Shown here in pieces: positions 44,109-58,780 of a DNA stretch of 64,000 nt. The stretch's first letter is position 1; each line of letters begins with the position of its first letter. Source of the stretch: Octopus sinensis (taxonomy: Eukaryota); contig NC_043002.1 in assembly GCF_006345805.1 (NCBI RefSeq), positions 47,306,001-47,370,000 on the forward strand, read 5' to 3'. The translations under genes and the position numbers were made by a program. Below the pieces are notes generated by a model. That model worked only from the letters and a program-made list of their open reading frames with translations. It did not search any database and had not been told where the DNA came from.

Positions 44109-44489
44109 GGAACGCGCAATGGCCCAGTGGTTAGGGCAGCGGACTCGCGGTCGTAGGATCGCGGTTTCGATTCCCAGACCGGGCGTTGTGAGTGTTTATT
44201 GAGCGAAAACACCTAAAGCTCCACGAGGCTCCGGCAGGGATGGTGGTGATCCCTGCTGTACTCTTTCACCACATCTTTCTCTCACTCTTACTTCCTGTTT
44301 CTGTTGTACCTGTATTTCAAAGGGCCGGCCTTGTCACTCTCTGTGTCACGCTGAATATCCCCGAGAACTACGTTAAGGGTACACGTGTCTGTGGAGTGCT
44401 CAGCCACTTACACGTTAATTTCACGAGCAGGCTGTTCCGTTGATCGGATCAACCGGAACCCTTATCGTCGTAACCGACAGAGTGCTTCC
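44109..44489 (+). mobile_element. tRNA-derived SINE (family A)
   Basis: A box tggcccagtggtta, B box ggtttcgattccc. Homologous to 5908-6263. Confidence 0.85.
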
Positions 44490-45164
44490 ATATTTGCAGA
44501 TCACTGAAAACGATCGGGAAAACTTTTGTCCCATTGTAAATACATTTATATATACCAGTAACAGAGAAGATTGAAGCAATATTAATACCAAAATATTCGT
44601 TACATTTAACCATGAACCTGATGTATGCGTTTAGGACAAAAAACACACACAACCAGACAATGAATATGTACTGATATAGAAGCTAGCTTTTACACGGATA
44701 TGAGTATAACTTTCAAAATCGATGAGAAAGAAAATATGTACGAATATCTTAGAGTCTTCACTACTTTGAAGATAATTCGCAATGCACCTGTAATTAAAGT
44801 AGCACAAGGTTATTTTACTGAATGCCTTATGAAAAGTACACACTTTCTACAAATTTAGTATGTAAGTAGTACAACAAAAATATGCAAACTTTTCTTCAAC
44901 TTCAGCATTTACTGATGTTATTATCTAGTAATACATGCGCGCGTGCACACATACACACACACACAGGCACCCGCATACATATACACATACACACACACAC
45001 ACATCATACATATACACAAACATTCATCCATATGCACACATACATACATGTGGAAATCGATAGATACCCATAAATATTAATAATAACAGAAATAGTTAGA
45101 AGATGGATTGAACATGGTTTTTTGTATTTCACTACAATTGTTTCAACACATCTTGTTTGTTGTT

Positions 45165-45210
45165 AATACAACGTTTCGGCTGATATACCCTCCAGTCTTT
45201 ATCAGGTGAC
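45165..45210 (-). ncRNA. Degenerate minimal hammerhead
   Basis: Minus strand: GTCAC-CTGATAA-AGACTG..CAGCC-GAAAC-GTT-GTATT. G8->A in the core and mismatches in stems I and II. Confidence 0.45.
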
Positions 45211-45238
45211 TTGGGGAAATTTCGAACCTGGGTTCTCA

Positions 45239-45288
<50 letters not shown>

Positions 45289-45306
45289 TATTATTATTAT
45301 TATATT

Positions 45307-45851
45307 GAGTGAGAGAGCAGTGCATGCGATCAAAGTGACACTGGGGTAAAATATACGAAGCCCAGTATACCCATCATGACTACCCGTCTGATAAGGCACA
45401 TGCTTCACAACCATATGTGCGCGACATAGTGATCTCAGATCAAGATAAACAGCACATGACCTTGCAGGTGGGGCCCAGTTAGAATTTTCTTCTGGTCGAG
45501 TAACCCATCCCACTCAAAAGGTCCCAGAATAGGGGTTGTTTAAGGATGTTGAACGAAACACCCATGTTGCCAAAGGTGAATTATTCAAACCCCAAAGAAT
45601 TCCTCTCAACACATGGCTATGATGCTTCCCCACTACTTCTGCTCGTGATCAGAGATGCACATATCGTCAGCCACTAAGGGACATGCTCAACAGGTTAAGG
45701 TGAAACAACTGACAAGCAAATCTGTGGTATTGATCAGAATATTTGCTGTAGCTCAACTTTTATACCAAGACAAAACAATGTACATGATAACACTTCCAAT
45801 CAGTTAAGATCAGAAGCCATGAGAGCCACTGCCTGGTACTGCATCAGGGCA
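45307..45851. mobile_element. Unclassified ~545-bp interspersed repeat bounded by (ATT)n
   Basis: Complex sequence flanked on both sides by ATT/ATC tracts. No ORF. Confidence 0.45.
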
Positions 45852-45875
45852 ATTATTATCATTATTATTATTATT

Positions 45876-45983
<108 letters not shown>

Positions 45984-46057
45984 GTTATTATTATTGTTGT
46001 TGTTGTTGTTGTTGTTGTTATTATTATTATTATTATTATTATAATAATAATAATATT

Positions 46058-46660
46058 TTATGTCGAACAGCTACTGTCGCGTATAGGATGGATCCGGCTA
46101 TCAGCTGAATCCATAGTGAAGATTGCCCCGCCGACCTCCTTTAACCGGGAGTGCAAGGCAGTTTTCCTTTGCCTAGTGGCTGTAGCGAAAGAGGTGGTAT
46201 GGTGGACCCGTTTGAAAGGGCTAAGGTCAGACATTTTCCTCTTTGGCCCAGGCCTCATCAACTTTTTTAAGTTCCACTTGAAAAGGAAGGTAAGAGTAGA
46301 GAGGAAAGTGCTGTCCGATAGCAAGTTTGCTGAAAGGTGGATAAATGTCGCAAGAATGGCTAGTATGAAAGGAGCCATTCTGAGGTTACACCTGTGATTT
46401 AAAAAGGTAATATAAAAGGAGAAAGGGGCTCTCTACCCCACTTTTGTCCAGGTTCCCGTTGGCTTTTATGGTTTTTTTCCACCAGGAACCTTTCGTAACG
46501 CCTCCCCTATTGGGAGTTTTTCTTTGTTATATTTTCGTTGTTAAACTGCTTTTTACTCGTTTTTTTCACAAACGGACAAAACCCTTTGTAACATTTCGTC
46601 CTGTTTTGTCCCTTTTATGTTATACTTAATTTTTGTCAGCCCTTGTGGCCAATAAAAGAA
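46058..46660 (+). mobile_element. 3' fragment of a Tx1/L1-like LINE
   Basis: C-terminal AKEVVWWTR...FAERW pattern, U-rich 3' UTR, aataaa then (ATT)n. Confidence 0.55.
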
Positions 46661-46663
46661 TTA

Positions 46664-46702
<39 letters not shown>

Positions 46703-46703
<1 letters not shown>

Positions 46704-49700
46704 CGTAGTTTTATTTTTATAGCGTGCTTTCACTTCACTACCGAGCGCAGCTCTGTGTGCCTTGGGTATGTGCTGTGATTTGTTGTGATGCTCTGATGGT
46801 TATTGTATGGAAATTGTTCTGCGTATGTTGTGTGCTGTGCCCAGTAGTGCAATTTTCTGTATGTTATGTGTTTGTAAGTCCTGGTGTTTTTGTTATGTAT
46901 TTGTCTGAATATTTTTTTATCATGCCTAATGCACCTACTATGATAGGAATTGTTTCTGTTTTTAGATTCCACATTCTGGTTACCTCTATTTCCAGGTCTT
47001 TGTATTTTGAGAGTTTCTACATTTCTTTTTAGAGACATATTGTCATCTGCCGGTATCTCTTCATGATCTCTGGCAACTATATCTGGTCTGTTGGCCTTAA
47101 TTTATCTATCTGTGTGTATTGGCATATCCCAGAGTATGGTTGCTTTCTCGTTTTCTGTGACCTTTTCTGGTGTGTGCCTATATCATCTTTTTTCTGTTGT
47201 TATTCCATAATGTTGGCATAGATTCCAGTGTATATAGGTCCCAACTCTGTCGTGTCTGTGAATATATTCCTTCTTAGCCAGGACTGGGCAGCCAGAGATA
47301 ATATGATTTATTGTTTCTTGTCCATCTCCACATATTCTGCAGTTACTTGTTATATTTCTTTTCATTACATGTTTTTGGTAATTTCTGGTGGGGAGGCTTT
47401 GGTCTTGTGCTGCAATTAAAAATTCCTCTGTCTCTGCTTTGAGTCCTGAGCTTCTCAACCATTGCTGGGATTTTTCTTTGTCTATTTCTTTTGCGTTTAG
47501 TTTAGTGCAGTATTTACCATGAAGGGGCTTTTCTTGCCATCATTTTATCATGGTTCTTTGCTGTTCTAGTTTTAGTTTGGATTTCATTTGTTTTATAGCT
47601 TTTCTTCTTCTTCTTCTTCTTCTTCTTCTTCTTCTTCTTCTTCTTCTTCTTCTTCTTCTTCTTCTTCTTCTTCTTCTTCTTCTTCTTCTTCTTCTTCTTC
47701 TTCTTCTTCTTCTTCTTCTTCATATTTGTTAGGTGGTATGATTCCTTGTTTGTATTTGTCAGCTTCCTTAAATACTGAGAACAGTTTTTTGTTTTGCTCG
47801 TGTTTGGCCGCTATTTGTATCAGTTTTCCTTCCTTCTGAAGTAGGTATTTTTGCAGTCCTATGGTGGTTATTTTATAGTAGTTTTCCAGCTGTATAAGGC
47901 CTCTACCACCTTCTATACGTTGTATATATAGTCTTTCTATGTCAGATTTTGGGTGATGCATCCTAGATCCTGTCATTATTTTTCTTGTTTTCCTATCTAT
48001 TTTGGTCAGTTCATTTAGTGTCCAGTTAAGGATATTGTAGCTGTAACTTATAACTGGGACAGCTAAAGTGTTAATACCTATTATCTTGTTTTTAGCATTG
48101 AGCTCTGTTTTTAGTATTGATCTAACTCGTCTATAATATTCTTTTTTTATTTTCTCTTTCATTTGTGTGTGTTGTGTCTTATCTAGTTCATGGATTCCTA
48201 AGTATTTGTAAGTTTGGCTTTGGTCTAATTCTTTTATTTCATTGGTTTTATCTAGTGTGATGTTGCTACTCTTAACTAGTTTTCCTCTTTTCAGGGTTAC
48301 TTTGGCGCATTTTTCTAATCCAAATTTCATATCTATTTCTTTGGTAAATCCATGAACTGTTTTTAATAGTGTTTCTAGCTGTTTGTCATTTGCAGCGTAT
48401 AGTTTTAGGTCATCCATATATAAAAGGTGGCTGATCGTTTTGTCGTAACATTTATATCCGCATCCAGTTCTATTTAGCATATCAGATAGAGGTGACAGTG
48501 CCAAGCAGAAAAGGAGTGGAGAGAGCGTGTCACCCTGGAATATTCCTCTTCTAATGGGGATGGCTTTGGTTTTCATGAGTCCCTCTTTTGTTTGGAGCTG
48601 TAGCACTGTTTGCCATTTATTCATAGAGTACCCTATGAATTTTATAATTGTTGGTGCTACTTTTTTAATTGGCTAGTGTTTCGAGGATCCATGTGTGGGG
48701 GATGCTATCAAACGCCTTTTTGTAGTCGATCCAGGCCATACTGAGGCCTTTCTTCTTTCTGTGGCTGTCTTCAGTAATGGCTTTATTAATCATTAGTTGA
48801 TCTTTACAGCCATATGAGTCTTTGCGGCATCCTTTCTGCTCTACTGGGAACAGGTTGTTTTCGTCCTAGTGCTTGTTCAACCTTTGCGATATCACTGCAG
48901 TAAATGCCTTGTACATTGTAGGGAGACAGGTTATTGGTCTGTAGTTTTCTTGTTTTCCTGTCTCATTTGATTTGGGAATTAAGATGGTTTTCCCCTTTGT
49001 GAGCCATTCAGGCATTGTCTCTGGCTCTGCTAGTATGTTGTTGTTTTCAGCTAGCTTTTTGTGCATTCCTGTTAGATATTTCAACCAGAAGTTGGGGATC
49101 TTGTCATGCCTAGGTGCCTTCCAGTTGCTTAGTTTTTGCAGTGCCTGGGTGACCTCTTCAGTTGTTATGGGGTCCAAAGGTGCTCAAATGCTGAGTTTGT
49201 TGTTTTACTACTGCTTATTTTTGGTTGTCCGTTCGCCGACCATATTTCTCTCCAGAATTTTTCCACTTCTTCTGCCTTTGGTGCTGTAGTGATTTCTATT
49301 TTATTTTTGCCAAGTTCTTGGTAGAAGTTTTTGGGGTTGGAGTTGAACTTTTTGTTTTATTCAAAGAAGCGCTGGCGTTTCTCGTACCGGCGGATCCTTT
49401 GTGCTTTGGCAAGGATATCTTGCTTCAGCTTTTCTTTTATCTCAGGTAAATCTTTTTCTGTGATGGTATATTTGCGGAGTATTTTTGTTTTCTTTTTGTT
49501 GCTCAGTAGCGTTGATTGTCTACTGATTTCATTAAGAATCGACAGATCTTTTCTCATTTTTTGTATTTTGTTTTGGATGTTATTTATCCACAGGGTTTGT
49601 TTGGGTGGTGGTACTCCTGTTTGGATGGGTTTGAGTGAGTATCCAGCTTCTTTTGTGGCTGCAGTGGCTGCTGCGTATACTAAGTCATTTAGCTCAGTGA

Positions 49701-50640
49701 TATCGCTTTTTGTTTCAGTGGCTATTAATTCCGTGACGGCTAGGTTTATGCTGTTTATAATTGGTGTTGTTGTTTCGTCTATTTTGATTTTTGGGAGGTA
49801 TGGTCGGTGGTCCATTTTGAGCTCTGTGGTTTTCAGTTCTTTGATTATTTTACTTTTTATATTATCATAATCATTAGGCTCCCCTTCGTTGTTTCCAGGT
49901 TTTAGCTTTGTGTCGCTTTCTTTCTTATTTATATGTTTATTTGCCGTGTTTTTGCTTGCTGTTTGTCGTGTATTATTATGCATCCTTACGGTCTGGGTTT
50001 GTTGTTTTTTGTTTACATCGTGTTTGTTGGGAATGTTACGTTTGTCTTCGTGTTTTACTGTTTCAGTGTTTATATTATTGGGCATTGTTGTGTGGCTTCT
50101 ATCTACATTTTCCTGGTGTATTTTTTCTTTTAGATGTTCTATTTCTAGTTCTGATATTTTTTTTGCGTTGAGAATGTATCTTCGTACGTTAGGTAACTTA
50201 TTAGGGTTCATTGCTGTATCCACGTCTATATTTATGTTATTTTCCTTCCATATTTTATATATATGTGTTGTTGTGTTTTCATTTTTTTGGTAGAGCACTG
50301 CTGTGAAGTATGCGTGTAGGATAGAAATGTATTCCTCACGTGTCCATTTATGTCTTTTGCGTTTTATTTGCGGGACATGAGGAACAACGTCCGGCCCATT
50401 ATTTTGACGGTCGTCATTTTCGTAGGGTACCGGTCCGTTCATTTCTGTTGTCACATTGTTTTGCACGTGTAGTTTTTCGTACATTTTGTGTTGTAAGTTT
50501 AAAGTACGTACCTTCCGATTGTTATTCTTGGGTTGAATAATATCGGTGGTATTTAATTTCTTCGTAGTTCCTTTGTACATGGTGTTTGGGGTCGGGGATG
50601 ATCTGGTGTTGATGGATCGTAATTTTTTTCATTACCCCAT
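46703..50640 (-). mobile_element. R4/Dong-clade non-LTR retrotransposon (RT + CCHC + RLE), near full-length, disrupted
   Basis: NWKAPRHDKI, ENYRPITCL, RGIFQGDTLSPLLF, HLLYMDDLKL, YKYLG, CRICG..ETINHIISGC..RHD, NRPDIV. The 3' end runs into (TAA)n. Confidence 0.92.
47602..47721 (-). repeat. (GAA)~40 microsatellite inside the LINE ORF
   Basis: Pure TTC run on the + strand, translating as poly-E. Confidence 0.95.
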
Positions 50641-51120
50641 AATGCAAGAATACTTTCATTGTAGAAATAAGGGAACATATATATTTAAACTCTCTTTAAA
50701 AGCAATTCGATAATGGCATGGACATATGCGCCGTCAGTTTTGCCAGCACGGCTAAACAAGGGCATTTGATGACATAAAAGACGTATTGACATATTTGACC
50801 CCTTCCACTAGTGCACATTTTGGTAGAGGAAGATTTTAGTGCATTGAAACAATTAATATTTAAAGCAGTCTTGCAGTATATTACAAAAGTACATTTGCTA
50901 TAGGAGGGTATATTATAAAAGTACCTTAGCTATAGGAGAGAACATTACCGGTGTATAAAAAGTAAGTTAGCAGTACAGCTGAACATATCGCAAGGAATCA
51001 CAATAGTCAAAGTAGCCAACATTTTACAGTAATATAACATGCAAGTAAAAACAACGTAGAGTACATTTCATAAAAACCTGATCAATTGTTATGATAAGTC
51101 CTTTCGTAGCAGAAGTAGAA

Positions 51121-51312
51121 ATTCTTTCTATTATAGGCACAAGGTTTGAAATAGGGGTGGGATACTAGTCGGTTACAGCTCAACTGCTTCTTATTTCATT
51201 GACCCCGTAATGATAAAGGCAACGTCAACCTCAGCGGAATTTGAACTCAAAACGTAAAGACAGACGAAATCTTTGGAGAGTATTTTGTCTGGCATATTAA
51301 CGATTCTGCCAA
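51121..51312 (-). mobile_element. SINE (family B), degraded
   Basis: Similar to 8168-8381. Confidence 0.6.
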
Positions 51313-52599
51313 ATCAAAGTAAATGTTATCGCTATGGAATCAAGCTAGACAGAAGAGACCATTTGGGTTAAAATTAATGAGTGTGAGGGACAAAATTAGC
51401 ATATAAGACGCCCAACTTCGCATATAGGACTCGGGGTGATCTTTTAGGCATCTTATGGAGTTTTATAAGCCATCAAATAAATAGTTAGGCATGAAACTAA
51501 AATAAAATGTTAAAATGTTGAAGATAGAAAATAAATGTCTTCATCGTAACTTTTATTTTATATTTCTTTATTTTGGAAAATTTCCTTGCATTTGTTCGTA
51601 TAAGCTAAACAGATAATTAGAGATAATTACAAGTGTAAAGAAAAAAATTAACAGAATTCGCTTTAAATATATTGAAATGCGCAAAAATGTTGCCTTTTCG
51701 CTTTAAATAAATTGAAATCGCTTTAAATACATTGACATCTACAAAAATATTGCCTACAACGTTATCTCACATCAAAAAGCCGCGGTTAGTCCTTCAAGGG
51801 TTCCCAACCTCTATTCAAAAATATAGCATAAAACAAACAAGTAAAAAACAAAAAAAAAACAGCAAGACTATGTGACACACACGCAAGATATAGATTTCTA
51901 AAAGGAGCCTTCAGAAACACTAATATATCCGCTATCTTCATGCAAATCTATATATTGGATTTAATGCAATGTCTTTTAATTCTTCTGCTAGTTTTGTTAT
52001 TTGACACTGGTTCATATCGGGGCTGCACCTGAATGTGTGTGTGTGTGTGTGTGTGTGCATATACATACATACGTACATATAGATATATATATGGATATGT
52101 ATATGTGTGTATGTGTATGTATAGTCGATTTTATTGTACTCGCTACTTATTTTATTGACCTAAGATGGAAGGATGAAAGTGAACCATATACATACATACA
52201 TACATACATACATACATACATACATACACATGTGTGCGCGCTTTGTGTGTATGTCTGTCTGTTATAACGATAGAATATGAATTTGTTTCCGTTTCACATA
52301 CGCTCCTTTCAGCCTGCCACATTGGTAATGCTTGAAAAGTATAAACAAAGTTTGTTTGCATTCTTTGAAATCAATACAATTGATAACCCTTTTTGAATTG
52401 TATCTTACATAAGCAAAATTGCAGTAATTGAAATAATTGGTGCATGAATATTTGTAGACATGATTGTGCATGTCTATATGAATATATGCAGGCATGATTG
52501 TGTATGCTTATGTAAGCACGATTACACAATCCTTAATGTGGATGTGTATGTATACGTATCTATCTAACTTCTCTTTCTCTCTCTCACACACACATATAC

Positions 52600-52632
<33 letters not shown>

Positions 52633-52663
52633 TGTATGTATGTATGCATGTATGTATCTATGC

Positions 52664-52740
<77 letters not shown>

Positions 52741-52745
<5 letters not shown>

Positions 52746-53217
52746 AATAAGAAAATGGAGAGGATCAATAGGTGGTTCATCAACTTTTAGATATTATATT
52801 ATATCAATTTATTTATTTATTTACTAAAATGACAAATTCAAGAATATACATCCATATATAACATATTATGCTTTACATATGAAATATATTAATATATTTT
52901 ATATGTAAAGCATAATATGTTATAATATGTTATATATGTATGTATATTCTTGTATTTGCCGCTTTGGTACATAAATAAGTAAATTGACATAATATAATGT
53001 CTAAAAGTTGATGAACCACCTATTGATCCCCTCCATTTTCTTATTGCTCTATAAATTAATGGTAAAATATCTCTTTACCCTCACCCATTTAGTACACTCG
53101 GTAACGTAATTGCAATTAATACACTTGTGTATTAATAATTGGTTATTCTAGCAGCAGTATATTGGATAGATATTACCCCTTAGTTGGTTGGATTCACAAG
53201 CTTTAACTTTCTTGGAA

Positions 53218-53218
<1 letters not shown>
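52741..53218. mobile_element. Fold-back insert between microsatellites (arms 52741-52890 / 52891-53050, 0-nt spacer, ~170-bp tail)
   Basis: agagcaataagaaaatggag... / ...ctccattttcttattgctct. Centre aaatatatt|aatatattt. Confidence 0.7.
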
Positions 53219-53251
<33 letters not shown>

Positions 53252-53261
53252 ATATATATAT

Positions 53262-53990
53262 ATCTGTTCTATATTAAAAGGGCGGAGGTCTCACGTGCAG
53301 TTGTGCAGGAAAAAGTGTTAGTTAATGTGGTTGGATTGAGCTGAAAATTTGCACGCCTGTGGGGAACGTGCTAGCGTGTATGCATGGCAAATTTCCATTG
53401 AAAGGTGTTGCCGCTAGGGCAAAATCCATCGTTTTCAAAAGGAATTTGACAAGTGTTTGTCGTTTCTCTCTTTCGGCTACCATCCTTTCTCTCTCGATTC
53501 TCTTTTGCCTCCACTTTCTGTCTGTAACGACGTTTGACAGCTTCCACTATCTCTCCTGCTTTTTCTACGCCGTCTCTCTGTCGTTCTTTCTTCCACCGTC
53601 CCTCTCTCTCTCTCTCTCTCTCTCTGTAGCTCTGTCTGTATCTATAGGGAGAAAGCGTTGACAGACGCAAGTGTGCATGATTCTCAGTCTCTTTGGCATC
53701 AAATGCATGCAAAAAGTTTTAGAAATTTTAGCAAAAAACTTTTAATGGTCACTTTTTTGTTGTTGCAGCTGCTTAAAACTTATTGGGCGTTTGCTTCTGC
53801 CATTTTGCATTTTTTCCAAATAAAAATGGCATCTGCATATAGAGTGTGATGAGATACATTTTTCACATTTTGAATGGTTCAAAAATTCCGGCGATAGACC
53901 CGAGTAGACTCGAATGAAATCGGGTTACAATACTGAAACAAGTAAAACAATAATAAACTATTTTAATCCCGAGCAAGGCCGGATATCTTT
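53262..53990 (+). mobile_element. Non-autonomous Helitron-like copy (3' CTAG lost)
   Basis: 5' TC after (TA)n. Shares its 5' part and the 3' hairpin cccgagcaaggccgg with the adjacent copies. Confidence 0.6.
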
Positions 53991-54111
53991 TTCATTTCAT
54001 CTAGTTTAAGCTCACGGGCTGTGGCCTTGCTGGGGCACCGCCATTTGGTGTTGCTACATAATTTTACTTCACGAATGCTTTGTAGCAATTGACACTTGGT
54101 GCAATATATAT

Positions 54112-55196
54112 TCTAAAATATATTTGTGAAAAGGGCGGATGTTGTCTCATATGCAGTTGTGCAGGCAAAAGTATTAGTAAATGTGGCCGGATTGAGCTGA
54201 AAATTTGCACACCTATTGAATTCCTCACCGGCCCCCTACCTCCCGGACTTCTAACTCATGACCTTAGACTGAAGGTACGCTTCTGATCATCAAAAAAATT
54301 GGGATCTTAATCCTGACGACAACCATTCTGAATGGACCATCTGCTGGCGTGACAAAGTTATTAATTGCCATGAGTCTTAGTCCCTCTGACGTGCCATTTA
54401 ACTGTACGCGACGGCAGTTTCCTGTAAAGGTATGCTTTGCAATGAGCATCAACAAGGCACAGGGACAGTCGTTACAAGTAGTTGGCTTAAATCTGACACA
54501 GCAGATATTTACCCACGGTAACTATACGCCGGATGCTCCCGTGTCGGTAGTTCACACAATCTCATTTGTGGTAATCCGGGCAACACCAGGAACGTTGTCT
54601 ACAAAGAGGCCCTGCGATAACACTTTTGAACCTACCGTTATTACTCTCCCGTCGCTGGAGTCATTGTAAGTTTCTCAATTTTTAGCCCAACAGTATTATC
54701 CACCTTCTTCCTGTCGCTGGAGTCATTGTCAGTTTATCAGTTTTCTTAGCCCAACTATATCCAACTTCTTCACATCGCTGGGCACCTCTGCCAGTCACAC
54801 TCCCAACCCATGGGTTCACGTCGCGACACTGATTCCCACAAAATTAGGTCGGGTGTTTCTACGTATTGTATCCAAAACATTGTAAGTGCAGTCGTATTAT
54901 ACTATTTCAGTTTTGTGCAGAGACCTGATTGGTGTTTTGTGTTTTTTTCCAGCATTTTCCCCGTCATGCTTTGCCCTTCACATCTGCATCCGCGAGGTTT
55001 CTCCAATTGATTTTCAAAGGCTGTTTAAACATTTCACATGCTTTTTTTCATTACCAATTTTTAACAAAATTTTTGTTTTTTAAAAATTTTAAAATGTGGC
55101 CCGAGTAGACCCGAATGAAATCGGGTTACAATAACGAAACAAGTAAAACGATAATAAACTATTTTAATTCCGAGCAAGGCCGTGTTTCTCTGCTAG
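54112..55196 (+). mobile_element. Internally deleted Helitron with Pif1-helicase C-terminal fragment
   Basis: PPGLLTHDLRLKV, RRQFPVKVCFAMSINKAQGQSLQVVGL, FTHG. Ends with hairpin-like ccgagcaaggccg followed by CTAG (55193-55196). Confidence 0.85.
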
Positions 55197-55198
55197 TG

Positions 55199-55414
55199 CT
55201 ATATATTTGTGAAAAGGGTGGACGTTGTCTCACAAGCAGTTGTGAAGGCAAAAGTGCTAGTAAATTTGGTCGGTTTGAGGTAAAAATTTGCACACCTATG
55301 TTAAAAGTGCTGGGGAGTTTGCATAGCAACTTTGAATTTGCTCAATTGAAAGGCATTCCTCATCTTTAGAATATGGCTCCAGTAGACCCGAATGAAATCG
55401 GGTTATAATACTAG
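55199..55414 (+). mobile_element. Short non-autonomous Helitron
   Basis: Same 5' block as the upstream copies. Hairpin acccga-atgaaa-tcgggt then CTAG at 55411-55414. Confidence 0.7.
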
Positions 55415-55434
55415 TATATATATATATATATCTA

Positions 55435-56976
55435 TCTATATATATAAAACTGTAGTTGTGTGAGTGTCTGTCCCCTTCGATTTAGATTCCTAACTCCTCC
55501 CACATTTTGCGGTGCAGTTTAACCAAATTCGGGTATCTTATAGTCGTGATTAATATCGAGCCCGTCTGGCTATTAGCGCGCGTCTACGATGAGTCTACGA
55601 TTTTAAAAATAATTTAACATCATTTTTTATTCCATTTTAATGCATAATTTTTCGTGTGTCGATGGCGGCGGAGTTGGCGTCCATGGTCACACCTGCACCT
55701 GTTTGCTTCTCCCCCTTCTTCCCTCCCTCGTGAAGCTGTGGGGAAGGGAGTGTAAGGAAATCAACGTCGTAAAGCGTTGTCAAGGAGACCAGCGTTCTTT
55801 TAGAACAACGACTTCATGGCTTGAAGACACCAAAACAGAAATGGCTAAGAAAGCCCGAATTGGCATCTATAAGGGAAGTAACTCTCTAAAAATGCTTATA
55901 TAGTTATTTCCCTTACAAACCCGAGCAACGCCGGGCGATATTGCTAGTATCTATATATATAAAACTGTAGTTGTGTGAGTGTCTGTCCCCTTAGATTTAG
56001 ATTCCTAACTACTCCCACATTTTGCGGTGCAGTTTAACCAAATTCGGGTATCTTATAGTCGTGATTCATATCGAGCCCGTCTGGCTATTAGCGCGCGTCT
56101 ACGATGAGTCTACGATTTTAAAAATAATTTAACATCATTTTTTATTCCATTTTAATGCATAATTTTTCGTGTGTCGATGGCGGCGGAGTTGGCGTCCATG
56201 GTCACACCTGCACCTGTTTGCTTCTCCCCCTTCTTCCCTCCCTCGTGAAGCTGTGGGGAAGGGAGTGTAAGGAAATCAACGTCGTAAAGCGTTGTCAAGG
56301 AGACCAGCGTTCTTTTAGAACAACGACTTCATGGCTTGAAGACACCAAAACAGAAATGGCTAAGAAAGCCCGAATTGGCATCTATAAGGGAAGTAACTCT
56401 CTAAAAATGCTTATATAGTTATTTCCCTTACAAACCCGAGCAACGCCGGGCGATATTGCTAGTATCTATATATATAAAACTGTAGTTGTGTGAGTGTCTG
56501 TCCCCTTAGATTTAGATTCCTAACTACTCCCACATTTTGCGGTGCAGTTTAACCAAATTCGGGTATCTTATAGTCGTGATTCATATCGAGCCCGTCTGGC
56601 TATTAGCGCGCGTCTACGATGAGTCTACGATTTTAAAAATAATTTAACATCATTTTTTATTCCAATTTAATGCATAATTTTTCGTGTGTCGATGGCGGCG
56701 GAGTTGGCGTCCATGGTCACACCTGCACCTGTTTGCTTCTCCCCCTTCTTCCCTCCCTCGTGAAGCTGTGGGGAAGGGAGTGTAAGGAAATCAACGTCGT
56801 AAAGCGTTGTCAAGGAGACCAGCGTTCTTTTAGAACAACGACTTCATGGCTTGAAGACACCAAAACAGAAATGGCTAAGAAAGCCCGAATTGGCATCTAT
56901 AAGGGAAGTAACTCTCTAAAAATGCTTATATAGTTATTTCCCTTACAAACCCGAGCAACGCCGGGCGATACTGCTA

Positions 56977-56977
<1 letters not shown>
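55435..56977 (+). mobile_element. Three head-to-tail copies of a 513-bp non-autonomous Helitron (period 515)
   Basis: Units 55435-55947, 55950-56462 and 56465-56977. Each runs TC...cccg-agcaacgc-cggg..CTAG and they are nearly identical. Confidence 0.9.
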
Positions 56978-57032
<55 letters not shown>

Positions 57033-57428
57033 CGAAGAACCACTACAAAGGGTTACTCGGATTTTTCTTGCTTTTATACGTGATAATTGAGTGTGAACTT
57101 TCAAATTATCTACCTATCTATAAAGAACTGCTTTGAACTGCTTTTTCTCCTGATTTTTCTGTTTAATTTAATTAATTAGCACATCTGTACAATGATAAAT
57201 GCTTTGATGCCATTTTCAACCACCAGCTCATTCTTTATTATACTATACTTAATTTACGCATACCATTTTAAAATGCTATTTCGTCTTCCCGTAGTTTTAT
57301 TTCGGTTTCTTCCTTTCTTTTCATTTAACTTGTATCTATCCTACAATGGTAGGATAGATCGTCCGCTAAATAGCAACTTCGTTTATTTTATTTTTTTACA
57401 TTTTGTTAAATATTTTCGAAACGGGGTA

Positions 57429-58780
<1,352 letters not shown>

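Noticed and set aside
55640-56933. Three identical 87-aa ORFs
   Set aside because: Incidental ORF within the Helitron tandem unit, with no recognisable domain.
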